Below, piece by piece: positions 1-9,915 of a stretch of 64,000 nucleotides of DNA; within the stretch, counting starts at the first letter, position 1, and every line of letters starts with the position of its first letter. Position numbers and translations under genes: made by a program. Below the pieces are notes generated by a model. That model saw only the letters and a program-made list of their open reading frames with translations, had not been told where the DNA came from and did not search any database. The stretch spans positions 67,776 to 131,775 of the forward strand of contig CAZPCB010000003.1 of the NCBI GenBank assembly GCA_964585065.1, in the 5' to 3' direction. Origin of the DNA: an uncultured Candidatus Saccharibacteria bacterium. GTDB lineage: Bacteria > Patescibacteriota > Minisyncoccia > SW-4-49-11.

Positions 1-45
1 AATTCTGGGGCAACACCATATCCATTACGGATACAGATAGATTCT

Positions 46-2157
46 TTATTTCGCCACTTCTCGAATAGATCTATTTCCTAAACTATTTATTGACCCACAA
101 GTTGCCTCATCACTATTAATACCCCCAGCATTTAGCTGTGCTTTTATGTCATATTTTCCTAGTCCCAAATTAATTGCATCACTATAATTTAAATCTACTG
201 TATTATTTAAAGCTGAATTACTATATATCAAATCAGTGCCTATTCCCCTTTTTACCCTCCATTCATATGGGCCACTCCAGGTTGGATCTCCAATAAGATT
301 AAGTTTAATTATATTATTATTCTCTGCGACCACTTTATTCTGTAAATTACAAGATATACTTGGTCTTGGTCTTACGGTAACTGTAATACTAGAACTTCTT
401 GATGGACCATCTATTGCTGAGCAGGTACTGGTGAATATATATGTTGCATTAGATCTGATATTAGGATCTATTTGTTCTCGAGAAGGGGGAGAGATCCAAT
501 CATTGGTTGTGGTGTCGCTAATAAAATTACCTCCCGCAGCTACTGGTCCTCCCGTAACGGTATTGCTACATCCTGTTAATACCTCTCTATTTACTATTGT
601 TCTTGATATATTAACAAAATCTCCCTGTTTTAAATCAGTACTAATATTACTACTCAATGTTACCAGAGCTTCTCTTCCTTTTGTATTTAAACTTACTGTT
701 ACGGGTTCTATTGCATTTCCTCCTGGCTTTGAGATACAGTTAATGGTAAAATTATATGTCCTATCTAATTGGCTTAATGCTAATATAGCATTTTCTGTAT
801 TGGGTGACTCTAAGGCAGCTTTATTACCTGTCCATATCCCATTTCCTGCATCTGTTCCTCCTGTTGTTGAAGCATTACAACTTTGTACTCCTATTGGATT
901 TGTTATACTCCAAGTAAATTGTATCCCATCTCCTGCTATGGTTTCTCCTCCATTACTATCTATTACATTAAAATTAATATTAGCTTGTGGATAAGATTGT
1001 GTAATAAATTCTGGTCCATCTACCCAACCTGAGCTTGCTTTTGCATTACCAACTTGTACACGGGTATAATATTTTGTCCCTGGAATTAGTTTTCCCCTAT
1101 TTTGAGGGAAAAAGTCTGTAGAGGTGTCATTGCTCGTCTTTGCTCCAGCTCCAGCAAGACTTCCTGTCTGTGGTTCTCCTGACCATATAACTATATCGTT
1201 TGGATTGAAGCTATCAGTGGTAGATATCTGAGTATTCCACCATGTTTGAGCATCTCCATCTGCATCACTATAACTCCATGATACCATTCCGTCATTATAT
1301 CCAACTCCTTGTGCTTGTATATTACTTATTGTGGGTGGATTGTCTGGGATGACTGACGTGATGGTGTAATAAAGGGGTGATGGTGTGAAGGCTGAACTAC
1401 CAACTCTTTCAGGAGAATACACCATATCAGACCCCCCATCATTAGTACAAAATGGCCCTGTAGCGGTTACCCATTGCCCTCCTCCATCTCCTCCTGCATC
1501 CACCCATATTATTTGGTCACAATCATACATTACAGGTTGAAATGTAGCCTCTCCTCTTATTACAACATAATAGGGGTATATGTTAGAACTGGTATTATAC
1601 CAATTTACGGTAATAGTAGATGTACCATTTCCACTAGCTGTACATGTTTTTCCTGAACAGCTTACTGCTGCTGGATTAGAGCTTGTTAAATAATAATCCC
1701 AATAATCAGCAATACCTCCAGTAAAAGGTATCCATGCATCTTTATCAAAAGCTTCATGAGTACTAGACCCTCGTCTATATTCCCATACCGTTTGACCATC
1801 TAAATAGGGAGTTCCATAAAATCCTCCTGCAAAATTATATGATCCTGTAGTATAAGAAGCACCGCTGTAAATTGTAGTTCCTGCTATTACTGAATCATTT
1901 TGTCCTAAATGTCTATCTGTAACTAAATTAAATTCTTTTGTTAAAGTTATTGACATATAATCAAGGGCATATATTTGACCTGTATCAGGACCCTGATCTC
2001 CATTGGTATTACTAAGATTCATAGTACCATATTGATAGTCATGGGTTAGGGGTACACTAAGTGCCCTTACATTATAAGGAAATAGGAATAAGCTAAACAG
2101 AAATAGTCCTATACTTAATGGTAATATTCTATTGAGTTGAAATATATTCTTATTCAT
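46..2157 (-). CDS. Large secreted or cell-surface protein (703 aa). N-terminal signal peptide, rich in Thr/Ser/Gly/Asn, no recognisable catalytic motif.
   Basis: Long ORF. The N-terminus MNKNIFQLNRILPLSIGLFLFSLFLFPYNVRALS looks like a signal peptide. Abuts the next surface protein gene. Confidence 0.45.
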   Translation of the reverse strand: MNKNIFQLNRILPLSIGLFLFSLFLFPYNVRALSVPLTHDYQYGTMNLSNTNGDQGPDTGQIYALDYMSITLTKEFNLVTDRHLGQNDSVIAGTTIYSGASYTTGSYNFAGGFYGTPYLDGQTVWEYRRGSSTHEAFDKDAWIPFTGGIADYWDYYLTSSNPAAVSCSGKTCTASGNGTSTITVNWYNTSSNIYPYYVVIRGEATFQPVMYDCDQIIWVDAGGDGGGQWVTATGPFCTNDGGSDMVYSPERVGSSAFTPSPLYYTITSVIPDNPPTISNIQAQGVGYNDGMVSWSYSDADGDAQTWWNTQISTTDSFNPNDIVIWSGEPQTGSLAGAGAKTSNDTSTDFFPQNRGKLIPGTKYYTRVQVGNAKASSGWVDGPEFITQSYPQANINFNVIDSNGGETIAGDGIQFTWSITNPIGVQSCNASTTGGTDAGNGIWTGNKAALESPNTENAILALSQLDRTYNFTINCISKPGGNAIEPVTVSLNTKGREALVTLSSNISTDLKQGDFVNISRTIVNREVLTGCSNTVTGGPVAAGGNFISDTTTNDWISPPSREQIDPNIRSNATYIFTSTCSAIDGPSRSSSITVTVRPRPSISCNLQNKVVAENNNIIKLNLIGDPTWSGPYEWRVKRGIGTDLIYSNSALNNTVDLNYSDAINLGLGKYDIKAQLNAGGINSDEATCGSINSLGNRSIREVAK

Positions 2158-2159
2158 AT

Positions 2160-3662
2160 CTATTTCTTTATTAATTTAGCTATTGTTTTCCTTTGTAAAT
2201 ATATAGCATATATTGCTCCCAATACTATTAGTATAAGCCCGAATATTCCCAAGACAGTTCCTAATAATCCCTCAAATTGACCTTCTTTAGCACAAGCACT
2301 CACATCTATTGCATTACAATCATAGGGTATAGTTACGGTATCTACTATGTTTCCTGAGGCATCTTTTATAGTTGAGACTACAGTTAGCTTATTATATGTC
2401 TTATTCTTTGGTAAATCTGCTGTTATAGCATCAACGTGTTCACTTACTGGTCCTTTGTAAAGACTTTTTGCTATTTCTTTTCCTTTCGCATTTAATACTT
2501 TTGTCTCTACTTCTATATCGCTCGCTATACCATAGCTAGTATTATGTATACAGGTTACTACTTTCGCATCTTGTCCTGCTATCTTAGGAAAACTATTAAG
2601 ACCAACCCAGTTAAAACGCACTGCATTTGCACCTGCTCCTGAAAATCGTATATTACTTATACTTTTATATTGTTGCGCTGGGGCGATATCTCCCGCTTTT
2701 GTTGCAGTTAATTTGAGATAATATACGGATAATTCTACTTTATCTACTGTTCTTGTTATTAATACTTCTCCCTTTGCTGGGACTTTGATAATTTCTTTTT
2801 CTTCTTTTTGTAATTCTTCTTTTCTGAGTCCATCCCAACTATATAATTGTGAGGTTAATTCCATATCTTGGGCTTTATCTGTATTATTCTTTAATGGTAT
2901 TTTTACTTGTACTTTTGATCCTTTCTCTTGGCTAGCTAAAAATCCATGATTAATATTCTTTTGATCTCCTACCATAGTACGGGTTTGATCTAGATATACT
3001 TGCTCAGTATTATTACCTCCTACCTTAAAGCTCACTTTATATCCTACTACATCATCCGTAAATGGAAGACCTGATAATGTGAATCTATCTTGTTGATAAG
3101 CAAAGAACAATAATTGATAATCCCCTTTTGGTGCTTGTAGGTTGAGATTATATATTTGGCTTATATCTATTTTTTCATTTGCTTTAATACTTACATCTTT
3201 TGCTATTATAAACTCATCTAATGTGGTTGTATAAGCTTGGTCATTCGCATTAGGAATATTCTTAACTAGTCTCGCTGCTACAGTAAGTCCTGTAACAGGA
3301 TAGGCATTTTCATTCTTTATATTCCCTTTTAATTGTATAATATCTCCTGATGTATATTGAGGCTTATCTTGACTTATATCTATCTTTATACTTCCAAATT
3401 TGTATGTATCCATACAATTTCCTAATGCTCCTGCTTTTACTCCTCCTGCTTCTAATTGACTCTTATAGGTTGGTGGTTTTTGTTGATTCTTTACTATTGC
3501 ATCTATTTGCTCTTTGGTTGGGGTTGTTTTTCCTGGCTTAAATTTTATCTCACCTGTTATTAATTCTGTATTTTGATTTTCTTGAGCTATTACTGCCATT
3601 GATGGTAATAATAGACTTAGGGCAAATACTATATATATTCCTTTTTGTATTATTTCTTTCAT
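2160..3662 (-). CDS. Surface protein with N-terminal signal peptide and C-terminal transmembrane anchor (500 aa)
   Basis: The N-terminus MKEIIQKGIYIVFALSLLLPSMAVIAQ looks like a signal peptide. The C-terminal hydrophobic helix LLGTVLGIFGLILIVLGAIYAIY is followed by basic residues. Its start lies 2 nt downstream of the stop of the 46-2157 gene, which suggests an operon. Confidence 0.45.
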   Translation of the reverse strand: MKEIIQKGIYIVFALSLLLPSMAVIAQENQNTELITGEIKFKPGKTTPTKEQIDAIVKNQQKPPTYKSQLEAGGVKAGALGNCMDTYKFGSIKIDISQDKPQYTSGDIIQLKGNIKNENAYPVTGLTVAARLVKNIPNANDQAYTTTLDEFIIAKDVSIKANEKIDISQIYNLNLQAPKGDYQLLFFAYQQDRFTLSGLPFTDDVVGYKVSFKVGGNNTEQVYLDQTRTMVGDQKNINHGFLASQEKGSKVQVKIPLKNNTDKAQDMELTSQLYSWDGLRKEELQKEEKEIIKVPAKGEVLITRTVDKVELSVYYLKLTATKAGDIAPAQQYKSISNIRFSGAGANAVRFNWVGLNSFPKIAGQDAKVVTCIHNTSYGIASDIEVETKVLNAKGKEIAKSLYKGPVSEHVDAITADLPKNKTYNKLTVVSTIKDASGNIVDTVTIPYDCNAIDVSACAKEGQFEGLLGTVLGIFGLILIVLGAIYAIYLQRKTIAKLIKK

Positions 3663-3753
3663 AGGTATTATTTATAGATGATACAATACTATTATTATAT
3701 CATCCCCCCCCTATTTGACTATTGTGGATAAGTTTTACTGAATTATCCTTATT

Positions 3754-3800
3754 ATATATTTTTTTCCTTTTTGAATAATATACTCTAGTATATTATTGTG
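3754..3800. repeat. About 47-nt imperfect copy of the tyrS 3' end (partner at 5173-5220)
   Basis: Core ATATATTTTTT(T/C)CCTTTTTGAATAATATA is shared with one mismatch. The flanks are about 70% identical. This copy lies in the 239-bp intergenic spacer downstream of sppA. Confidence 0.6.
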
Positions 3801-3901
3801 TCTGGGAAGATAAGGAATACATCTTATATAACTGATTGATTTATTCTTCTCTTCTTAAATATCTCTCTTAAATGTAAAGGTTTACAAACTGAAACCTTGC
3901 A

Positions 3902-5035
3902 CTATTCTTTACAGATACTAGTACGAATTTGATTTATGTCTCCATATAATAATAAAGGGGTATTAGATTGACAAAATGAAGTATGGGCAAGTGAAGCTTT
4001 AGTGTTGGATAAATGTAAAACAGATCCAAATAATACTTCTAATAGTCCTCCAGTATATTCCGATACATTAACAAGTTGAACGGGATTACCTTGATTTAAT
4101 TCTTGATTAATTATCTGTATAGCAAACTCTTCATTTCCTACTTGGTCTACAAGGCCATAGTTTTTAGCCTCAGCAGAATTTCCGAAGAAAACTCTAGCCC
4201 CTATTTCATTACGAATTATTTCGGGAGAAATTTGATTGTATTTACTTATATGCTCTACAAAAGCTGCGTAAAGTCCATCTAAATCTGGATCAATACAGTT
4301 TTTTATATACTCGTCGGAAATATTGAGCTCATTATCTGGCTGTTTACATTTACCTCTATAAAGAGGAGTAAATGCAATATCAGCATCAACAGAAGATCCC
4401 AAAACCCCTTGAGAATAGGATGTAATATTAGTAAATTTAGGAGCATATCCTCCTGCAACTCCTACACTACCCAATATAGCTATTGGACTAGCAATAATAG
4501 TAGCAGCTGGTGCAGATGCCCAAGCACCTCCTGAAGCCGACAATTCATTTACAAAAACATAAACTTTTTGATTAGTTTTCCTTTGATAGAACTCAATAGC
4601 ATCGGCTATATCACTAGACCCCCAAGGATCTCCCCCAGGAGTAGTAAGATCAATCAGAACAGCTTTAATATCTTTATCTTGAGATAACTTGTCCAATTGA
4701 GAAGATACATATTTACCATCAATTCCTCCTGGAGACAAGAAAGCGAGAGGCTCATCTCCTCCACTCCCAAGAATAGGCCCATTTAATTCCAATCTAGCTA
4801 CCTTAATATTTGATTCTTTATCTCCTTTATAATAATCATAAACTAATTCAGTATTATCACCTTTAGCATTTCCCATACCCAAAAGCTCACCCGCAGCAGA
4901 CTGTATGCTAATAATCACCCAAATTACTACTAAGACAATACATGTTAAAATGATAAACCACCCCGAAGTCAAAAATTTAGGAAATCGTCTTTTTTTTGTT
5001 ACCTGTAAATTTGATACAGGCTGAGTATTTTCCAT
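3902..5035 (-). CDS. sppA: Signal peptide peptidase SppA (S49 family)
   Basis: N-terminal transmembrane helix. ClpP/crotonase-like core with VFVNELSASGGAWASAPAATIIASP, the SppA serine motif region. Confidence 0.7.
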   Translation of the reverse strand: MENTQPVSNLQVTKKRRFPKFLTSGWFIILTCIVLVVIWVIISIQSAAGELLGMGNAKGDNTELVYDYYKGDKESNIKVARLELNGPILGSGGDEPLAFLSPGGIDGKYVSSQLDKLSQDKDIKAVLIDLTTPGGDPWGSSDIADAIEFYQRKTNQKVYVFVNELSASGGAWASAPAATIIASPIAILGSVGVAGGYAPKFTNITSYSQGVLGSSVDADIAFTPLYRGKCKQPDNELNISDEYIKNCIDPDLDGLYAAFVEHISKYNQISPEIIRNEIGARVFFGNSAEAKNYGLVDQVGNEEFAIQIINQELNQGNPVQLVNVSEYTGGLLEVLFGSVLHLSNTKASLAHTSFCQSNTPLLLYGDINQIRTSICKE

Positions 5036-5153
5036 ATTATATTTATATTAAGATTTATATTATAAGTATAGCAAAGTTGGGGGACACGTCAAGAATGAAG
5101 TAATTATACCTATTATGATTTAGGATATATCTTATTAGATACCATTTTATGTT

Positions 5154-6356
5154 TTATACCGTAATTTTGATAATATATTTTTTCCCTTTTTGAATAATAT
5201 ATTCTGATACATTATTCTGATTAAGTTCAAAAAAAATATCTTGTATTATTTCTTGATTTACCTTTACTCCCCCTTCTTGAATAGCTCTCTTGGCCTCAGA
5301 ATTAGATAAGTCGAAAACTTTAGCCATTACGGCAAATAGACGCTTATCCTCTATCTCACCTATTGATATAGTCTCTATAGTATCGGGAATTTCTTGTTTA
5401 CTAAATAATTGTTCAAAATATTGCCGAGCTTTCCCCGCCTCATCTTCATTATAATATCGTTTTACAATGGCTGAGGCCAATACCAACTTAATATCTCTTG
5501 GGTTTACTCCTGATTCTAATTGCTTGTGATAATTCTCAATATCAGCATTGGGTATATCAGTAGTGAGACGAAAATAATCAATAATAAGTTTATCTTTTAT
5601 TGCCATTATACTGGTAAACATTTCATTTGGAGTATCGGTAATAAAAATACCATTACCCCAAGAAGTACTCATTTTTCTACCATCTATACCCAGTAATAAT
5701 TCAAAAGTAACGATATCTTGTGACTCTTGATTATAATATTTTTGAACTTTACGCCCCGATATAAGATTAAAATACTGATCATTGCCCCCAATTTCTAAAT
5801 CTGACTTTACCATTACTGAATCATAACCTTGTATGAGAGGATATAAAAACTCCCTTAAACTAATTCTGGTATGGGATTTATGTCTTTCACTAAAATTATC
5901 CCTATCTAACATTTCATTGACTGAGAATATATTGGCTATTTCACTTAGGGTATCAAAAGAAAGGCTTTCAAGCCATTCTGAATTATATCGTATTTCTACT
6001 TTTGATATATCTAAAATCTTTCCAATTTGATCAAGATATCCTTTTAGATTATTATTAATTTCCTCCTTAGTAAGCATTGGTCGCTCTGAGTCTTTATCAG
6101 AAGCATCCCCAATACGAGCAGTAAAGTCTCCAATAATAAGAGTAATATGATGGCCCCAATCTTGCAATTGTCGTAATTTCCAAAAAGGTACAGCTCTTCC
6201 GAGATGTATTTTATCCCCTGTTGGATCAATTCCAAATTTTACTCGAAGTTGCCTACCAGATCCCAATTGCTCCTTTAAATGTTCTTTATCTATATAATTT
6301 GTAACACCTCTTGTTAGCCATTCTTGAACTTTACTCTCATCTGTTATTATTGCCAT
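5154..6356 (-). CDS. tyrS: Tyrosyl-tRNA synthetase
   Basis: Class I core with an IHLG (HIGH-like) motif and KMSTS (KMSKS), plus a C-terminal S4-like domain. Confidence 0.85.
   Translation of the reverse strand: MAIITDESKVQEWLTRGVTNYIDKEHLKEQLGSGRQLRVKFGIDPTGDKIHLGRAVPFWKLRQLQDWGHHITLIIGDFTARIGDASDKDSERPMLTKEEINNNLKGYLDQIGKILDISKVEIRYNSEWLESLSFDTLSEIANIFSVNEMLDRDNFSERHKSHTRISLREFLYPLIQGYDSVMVKSDLEIGGNDQYFNLISGRKVQKYYNQESQDIVTFELLLGIDGRKMSTSWGNGIFITDTPNEMFTSIMAIKDKLIIDYFRLTTDIPNADIENYHKQLESGVNPRDIKLVLASAIVKRYYNEDEAGKARQYFEQLFSKQEIPDTIETISIGEIEDKRLFAVMAKVFDLSNSEAKRAIQEGGVKVNQEIIQDIFFELNQNNVSEYIIQKGKKYIIKITV
5173..5220. repeat. tyrS 3'-end segment that is duplicated at 3754-3800
   Basis: See partner repeat. 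This copy is coding and gives the C-terminal ...IIQKGKKYIIKITV of TyrRS. Confidence 0.6.
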
Positions 6357-6419
6357 ATCTATTCACTTAATTATTGATTTGAGTATAGCATATCTCAATC
6401 ATTTCGATAATATACAAGT

Positions 6420-8474
6420 TTATAATATTACTTTCAAATCTAATATATTGCCTCCTTTAGGATATACAATAATAGGATTTACATCCAATTCTTTTATACT
6501 TGGTACTGAATAGACTAATAAATTGAGTTGGAAAATAGTATCAATAAGCCAATTAATATCATATTCTATACCTCTTGCACCTGAGAGAATCGTATAGGCC
6601 TTAGTTTTTTTGAGTGTTTTCAAGATATAGGGCTTCGTAATAGGCATACTTGCAAAAGCAATATCATTAATTGTCTCAGCATATATACCTCCGAGTCCCA
6701 ATAATAATATATTTCCTAATTGAGGGTCTCGCTTTACTCCTACAAATATCTCTATACCCTTATGAGCTTGCTCTTGTACAATAATAATTCCGTTTTTATG
6801 TTTATGATAAAATGCTTTTACTTCATCTAGGGTATTGATACCCACTTTTACGAGTCCCACATCGGTACGATGTAATATATTGGGATTCACATCTTTTAAT
6901 ACTAAAGGATATTGTAAATATTTTTCAATTTTCTGAATATCTTTATTATCATGTAATAATAATGTTTTGGGTAACTCCAAAGACAATTCTTTTGCAATTA
7001 AATTGACTGTGTCCCAAGAAGCACTAATAAGTCCCTGTGTCTTATCTTCAGCTAAAGCCTTATCTATATCTTGAATTGCAGTTTTTTTGACATAACTTGT
7101 AGGAGCATCCCATAATTTTGCATTACGGGCAATATGATTCCAATTATATAATTTGGAAATAGCAGCAATAGCTCTTTCTGGACTTTCAAAATAAGGTAAA
7201 TGAGGAATTTCTTTTATTACTTGTTCTGTAAGATTTCCTGCTACAATACTAGTAATAATAGGCTTATGAGGATTTTTCTTACTAATATCAGCAATTACTC
7301 TTCCAATAGCAGATAGAGGCGTCATTACCTGTGGGGTAATTAAGATAATAATTGCTCCTACTGATTTTTCTTTTACCAAAACTTGCAATGTTTCACGATA
7401 GCGAATATCATCAGCATCCCCCAATATATCTACTGGATTGGCGGTACTGGCAGCTGAGGGTAATATTTTTTGCAAACGACTCACAGCTTTTGGTTCAATT
7501 TTGGTTAATTTCACCTTATTTACTGATACCGCATCCATAGATAATACTCCAAGACCTCCTGCATTGGTAACAATTGCAAGTCCATGCCGAGATACATGTT
7601 GAAATCGAGAAAATAATTGAACAGTATCAAATAATTCTTCTAAGGTATTAACAATAATTGCTCCTGCTTCTTGCAATAATGTTTCTATTACAATTTCATC
7701 TCCAGCCAGAGACCCAGTATGTGATTGTATAGTCTTTTTTGCTTTAGTAGATTTACCGGCTTTGAGGATAATAATTGGCTTTTTAGCATTCTTAATTGTC
7801 TCAATAAATTCTTGGGGATGTGCTATACCTTCTAAATATAAACTAATTACTTCTGTTTTAGTATCTTTTTCTAGATATTGTATAATCTCAACTTCATTAA
7901 TATCTAATTTATTACCAAGACTTACAATTTTATTAAATCCTATTCCTAATGCATCTGCTCTATTAATAAAAGCAGATATAAGAGCTCCTGATTGTGAAAT
8001 AAGAGAAATATTACCTGATTTTACTGATAATAATCCAAATGATCCATTATATGCATATTGATTGGAATCATTATTAATAATTCCAAGACAATTTGGACCT
8101 ACAATACGAATATTATATATCTGTATTAATTTTGCTAATTGCTTTTCACGGGCCCGTCCTTCTACTCCAGATTCTTTAAATCCTGCTGAGATAATAATAA
8201 TATATTTTACTCCTTTTTTACCAAGCGCCTCTACTGATTCAAGTACAAGAGTAGCTGGTAATATAACTATTCCGACTTGTATTCCTTGGGGTAATTGATT
8301 AGTACCCTGATATACTGGATACCCTTCAATTTTTCTTGCTGAAGGATTTACTAAAAAAATGTCTCCCTTATAATTACTTTTTAAAATATTATGAAAAATA
8401 ACCGAACCAATTTTAGCCTTATGTCTAGAAGCCCCGATAATTGCTATGCTTTCAGGATAAAATAATTCTTGCAT
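6420..8474 (-). CDS. Acetate--CoA ligase (ADP-forming), fused alpha/beta (NDP-forming acyl-CoA synthetase)
   Basis: N-terminal CoA-binding fold (IAIIGAS...GSVIF..L), succinyl-CoA synthetase-like ligase domains and a C-terminal ATP-grasp. 684 aa, which is typical of fused Acd. Confidence 0.8.
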   Translation of the reverse strand: MQELFYPESIAIIGASRHKAKIGSVIFHNILKSNYKGDIFLVNPSARKIEGYPVYQGTNQLPQGIQVGIVILPATLVLESVEALGKKGVKYIIIISAGFKESGVEGRAREKQLAKLIQIYNIRIVGPNCLGIINNDSNQYAYNGSFGLLSVKSGNISLISQSGALISAFINRADALGIGFNKIVSLGNKLDINEVEIIQYLEKDTKTEVISLYLEGIAHPQEFIETIKNAKKPIIILKAGKSTKAKKTIQSHTGSLAGDEIVIETLLQEAGAIIVNTLEELFDTVQLFSRFQHVSRHGLAIVTNAGGLGVLSMDAVSVNKVKLTKIEPKAVSRLQKILPSAASTANPVDILGDADDIRYRETLQVLVKEKSVGAIIILITPQVMTPLSAIGRVIADISKKNPHKPIITSIVAGNLTEQVIKEIPHLPYFESPERAIAAISKLYNWNHIARNAKLWDAPTSYVKKTAIQDIDKALAEDKTQGLISASWDTVNLIAKELSLELPKTLLLHDNKDIQKIEKYLQYPLVLKDVNPNILHRTDVGLVKVGINTLDEVKAFYHKHKNGIIIVQEQAHKGIEIFVGVKRDPQLGNILLLGLGGIYAETINDIAFASMPITKPYILKTLKKTKAYTILSGARGIEYDINWLIDTIFQLNLLVYSVPSIKELDVNPIIVYPKGGNILDLKVIL

Positions 8475-8479
8475 ATCTT

Positions 8480-9862
8480 TTAGCTTAATATAATTACTTG
8501 GTTTTCCTCGGGGACTTCGGCTGTAATATGAAGTGTATCTTTTATGGCATTAGCTAAAGATTCAGAAGCTTCCTGCTCCCCCTGTACTACAAATATATTT
8601 TTAGTTTGCTTAATATGAGATAGCCAATCAAGTAGCATTTCTTTATCCGCATGAGCAGAATATCCCTCTACCCTTCTCACCTCTATCTTATTGTCAACTG
8701 GATGATTATGTATGTATACGGGACTCTCACCCTCTAAAATACGCCTTCCTAATGTACGAGGAGCCTGATATCCTACAAATAGAATAATATTATTTGGGTC
8801 AGACAAATATCGCTCTTCATGATAAAGAACTCTTCCCCCTGTTGACATACCAGATCCGGCCATAATCATTTTAGGTTGAGGTTGACTATTAATTTTCATA
8901 GAGTCCTCTCTATGTTCCGTCATGGTTAAAAAAGGAAACTCAAAAATCTCATCAGTTTTAGCTAATTGCTTCGCTTCCTGATTATAATATTGAGTATATT
9001 TAGCATGAATTCTAGTCGCCTTGATAGCTAAAGGTGAATCTAAATACACATCAATACGCCCTACTCTTCCTTGAGGAAGCCCTTCTCCTGAATGATTCTC
9101 TACAATATCATTGAGTTCATATAAAATATCCTGGGTGCGCTCAATAGAAAAAGTTGGCATAATTAATACTGCCTTACGGTCTATAGTATCTTTAATAGCT
9201 TGTTTTAATATTTCTTTTCTCTCAGCTAATTTTTGATGAACTCTGTCCCCATAACAAGACTCTACTATTACATAATCCGCCTCTTCAATATAATCGTATT
9301 TGCGAAGTAATACTGATGGAACATTTCCTAAATCCCCTGAGAATACTAATTTGATACGCTTACCTATTTCAGGATCTAATACCCAGATTTCACTAATAGC
9401 TGAACCTAAAATATGGCCTGCATCTTGAAAACGAAAAGATATATTCTCATCAATTTCATAAATTTCATGATATTCCTTACCCCGCCATTGAGCTATAGTC
9501 TTATCTACATCTTCTTCACCAAAAAGAGGTAATTGACTATGATCATGCTCCATAATAGATACCGTATCTCGAAGAGATATCTCTGCAAATTCTTGAGTTG
9601 GATATGTGGAATATATTTCTCCACTAAATCCATCCTTCACAAATTTAGGAATTCGTCCAATATGATCAATATGGGTATGTGTGGATATCATAAAAGATAT
9701 ACTCTTTGGATCATATACAAAGGGCTTATAATTTATTTCATCCGCCTCAGAGCTTCCCTGCACTAATCCACAGTCTACAACAAAGCGTATTTTTCCATTA
9801 TCAATAACATAATTAGCTCCCGTAACTGAACCGGCTCCACCACAAAATTGAATACTGACCAT
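8480..9862 (-). CDS. Metallo-beta-lactamase/beta-CASP family ribonuclease (RNase J/CPSF-like)
   Basis: HTHIDHIG (HxHxDH) motif, DAGHILGSA, and a C-terminal SAHAD beta-CASP histidine motif. Confidence 0.75.
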   Translation of the reverse strand: MVSIQFCGGAGSVTGANYVIDNGKIRFVVDCGLVQGSSEADEINYKPFVYDPKSISFMISTHTHIDHIGRIPKFVKDGFSGEIYSTYPTQEFAEISLRDTVSIMEHDHSQLPLFGEEDVDKTIAQWRGKEYHEIYEIDENISFRFQDAGHILGSAISEIWVLDPEIGKRIKLVFSGDLGNVPSVLLRKYDYIEEADYVIVESCYGDRVHQKLAERKEILKQAIKDTIDRKAVLIMPTFSIERTQDILYELNDIVENHSGEGLPQGRVGRIDVYLDSPLAIKATRIHAKYTQYYNQEAKQLAKTDEIFEFPFLTMTEHREDSMKINSQPQPKMIMAGSGMSTGGRVLYHEERYLSDPNNIILFVGYQAPRTLGRRILEGESPVYIHNHPVDNKIEVRRVEGYSAHADKEMLLDWLSHIKQTKNIFVVQGEQEASESLANAIKDTLHITAEVPEENQVIILS

Positions 9863-9915
9863 TATTTGTTTATTAGTTTACTATATATCTATACTATCAC
9901 AAAGAATAGCTTTTC

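Noticed and set aside
236-994. Many short ORFs from the six-frame track that lie inside or antisense to long well-supported genes. Examples are 236-994, 1474-1656, 3350-3541, 5833-6235, 7352-8298, 9533-9766, 10647-11971, 30440-31470, 40627-41218, 42257-43874, 50004-50719 and 56263-57213.
   Set aside because: They overlap confidently assigned CDSs on the opposite strand or in another frame. They have low-complexity or implausible compositions and no independent signals.
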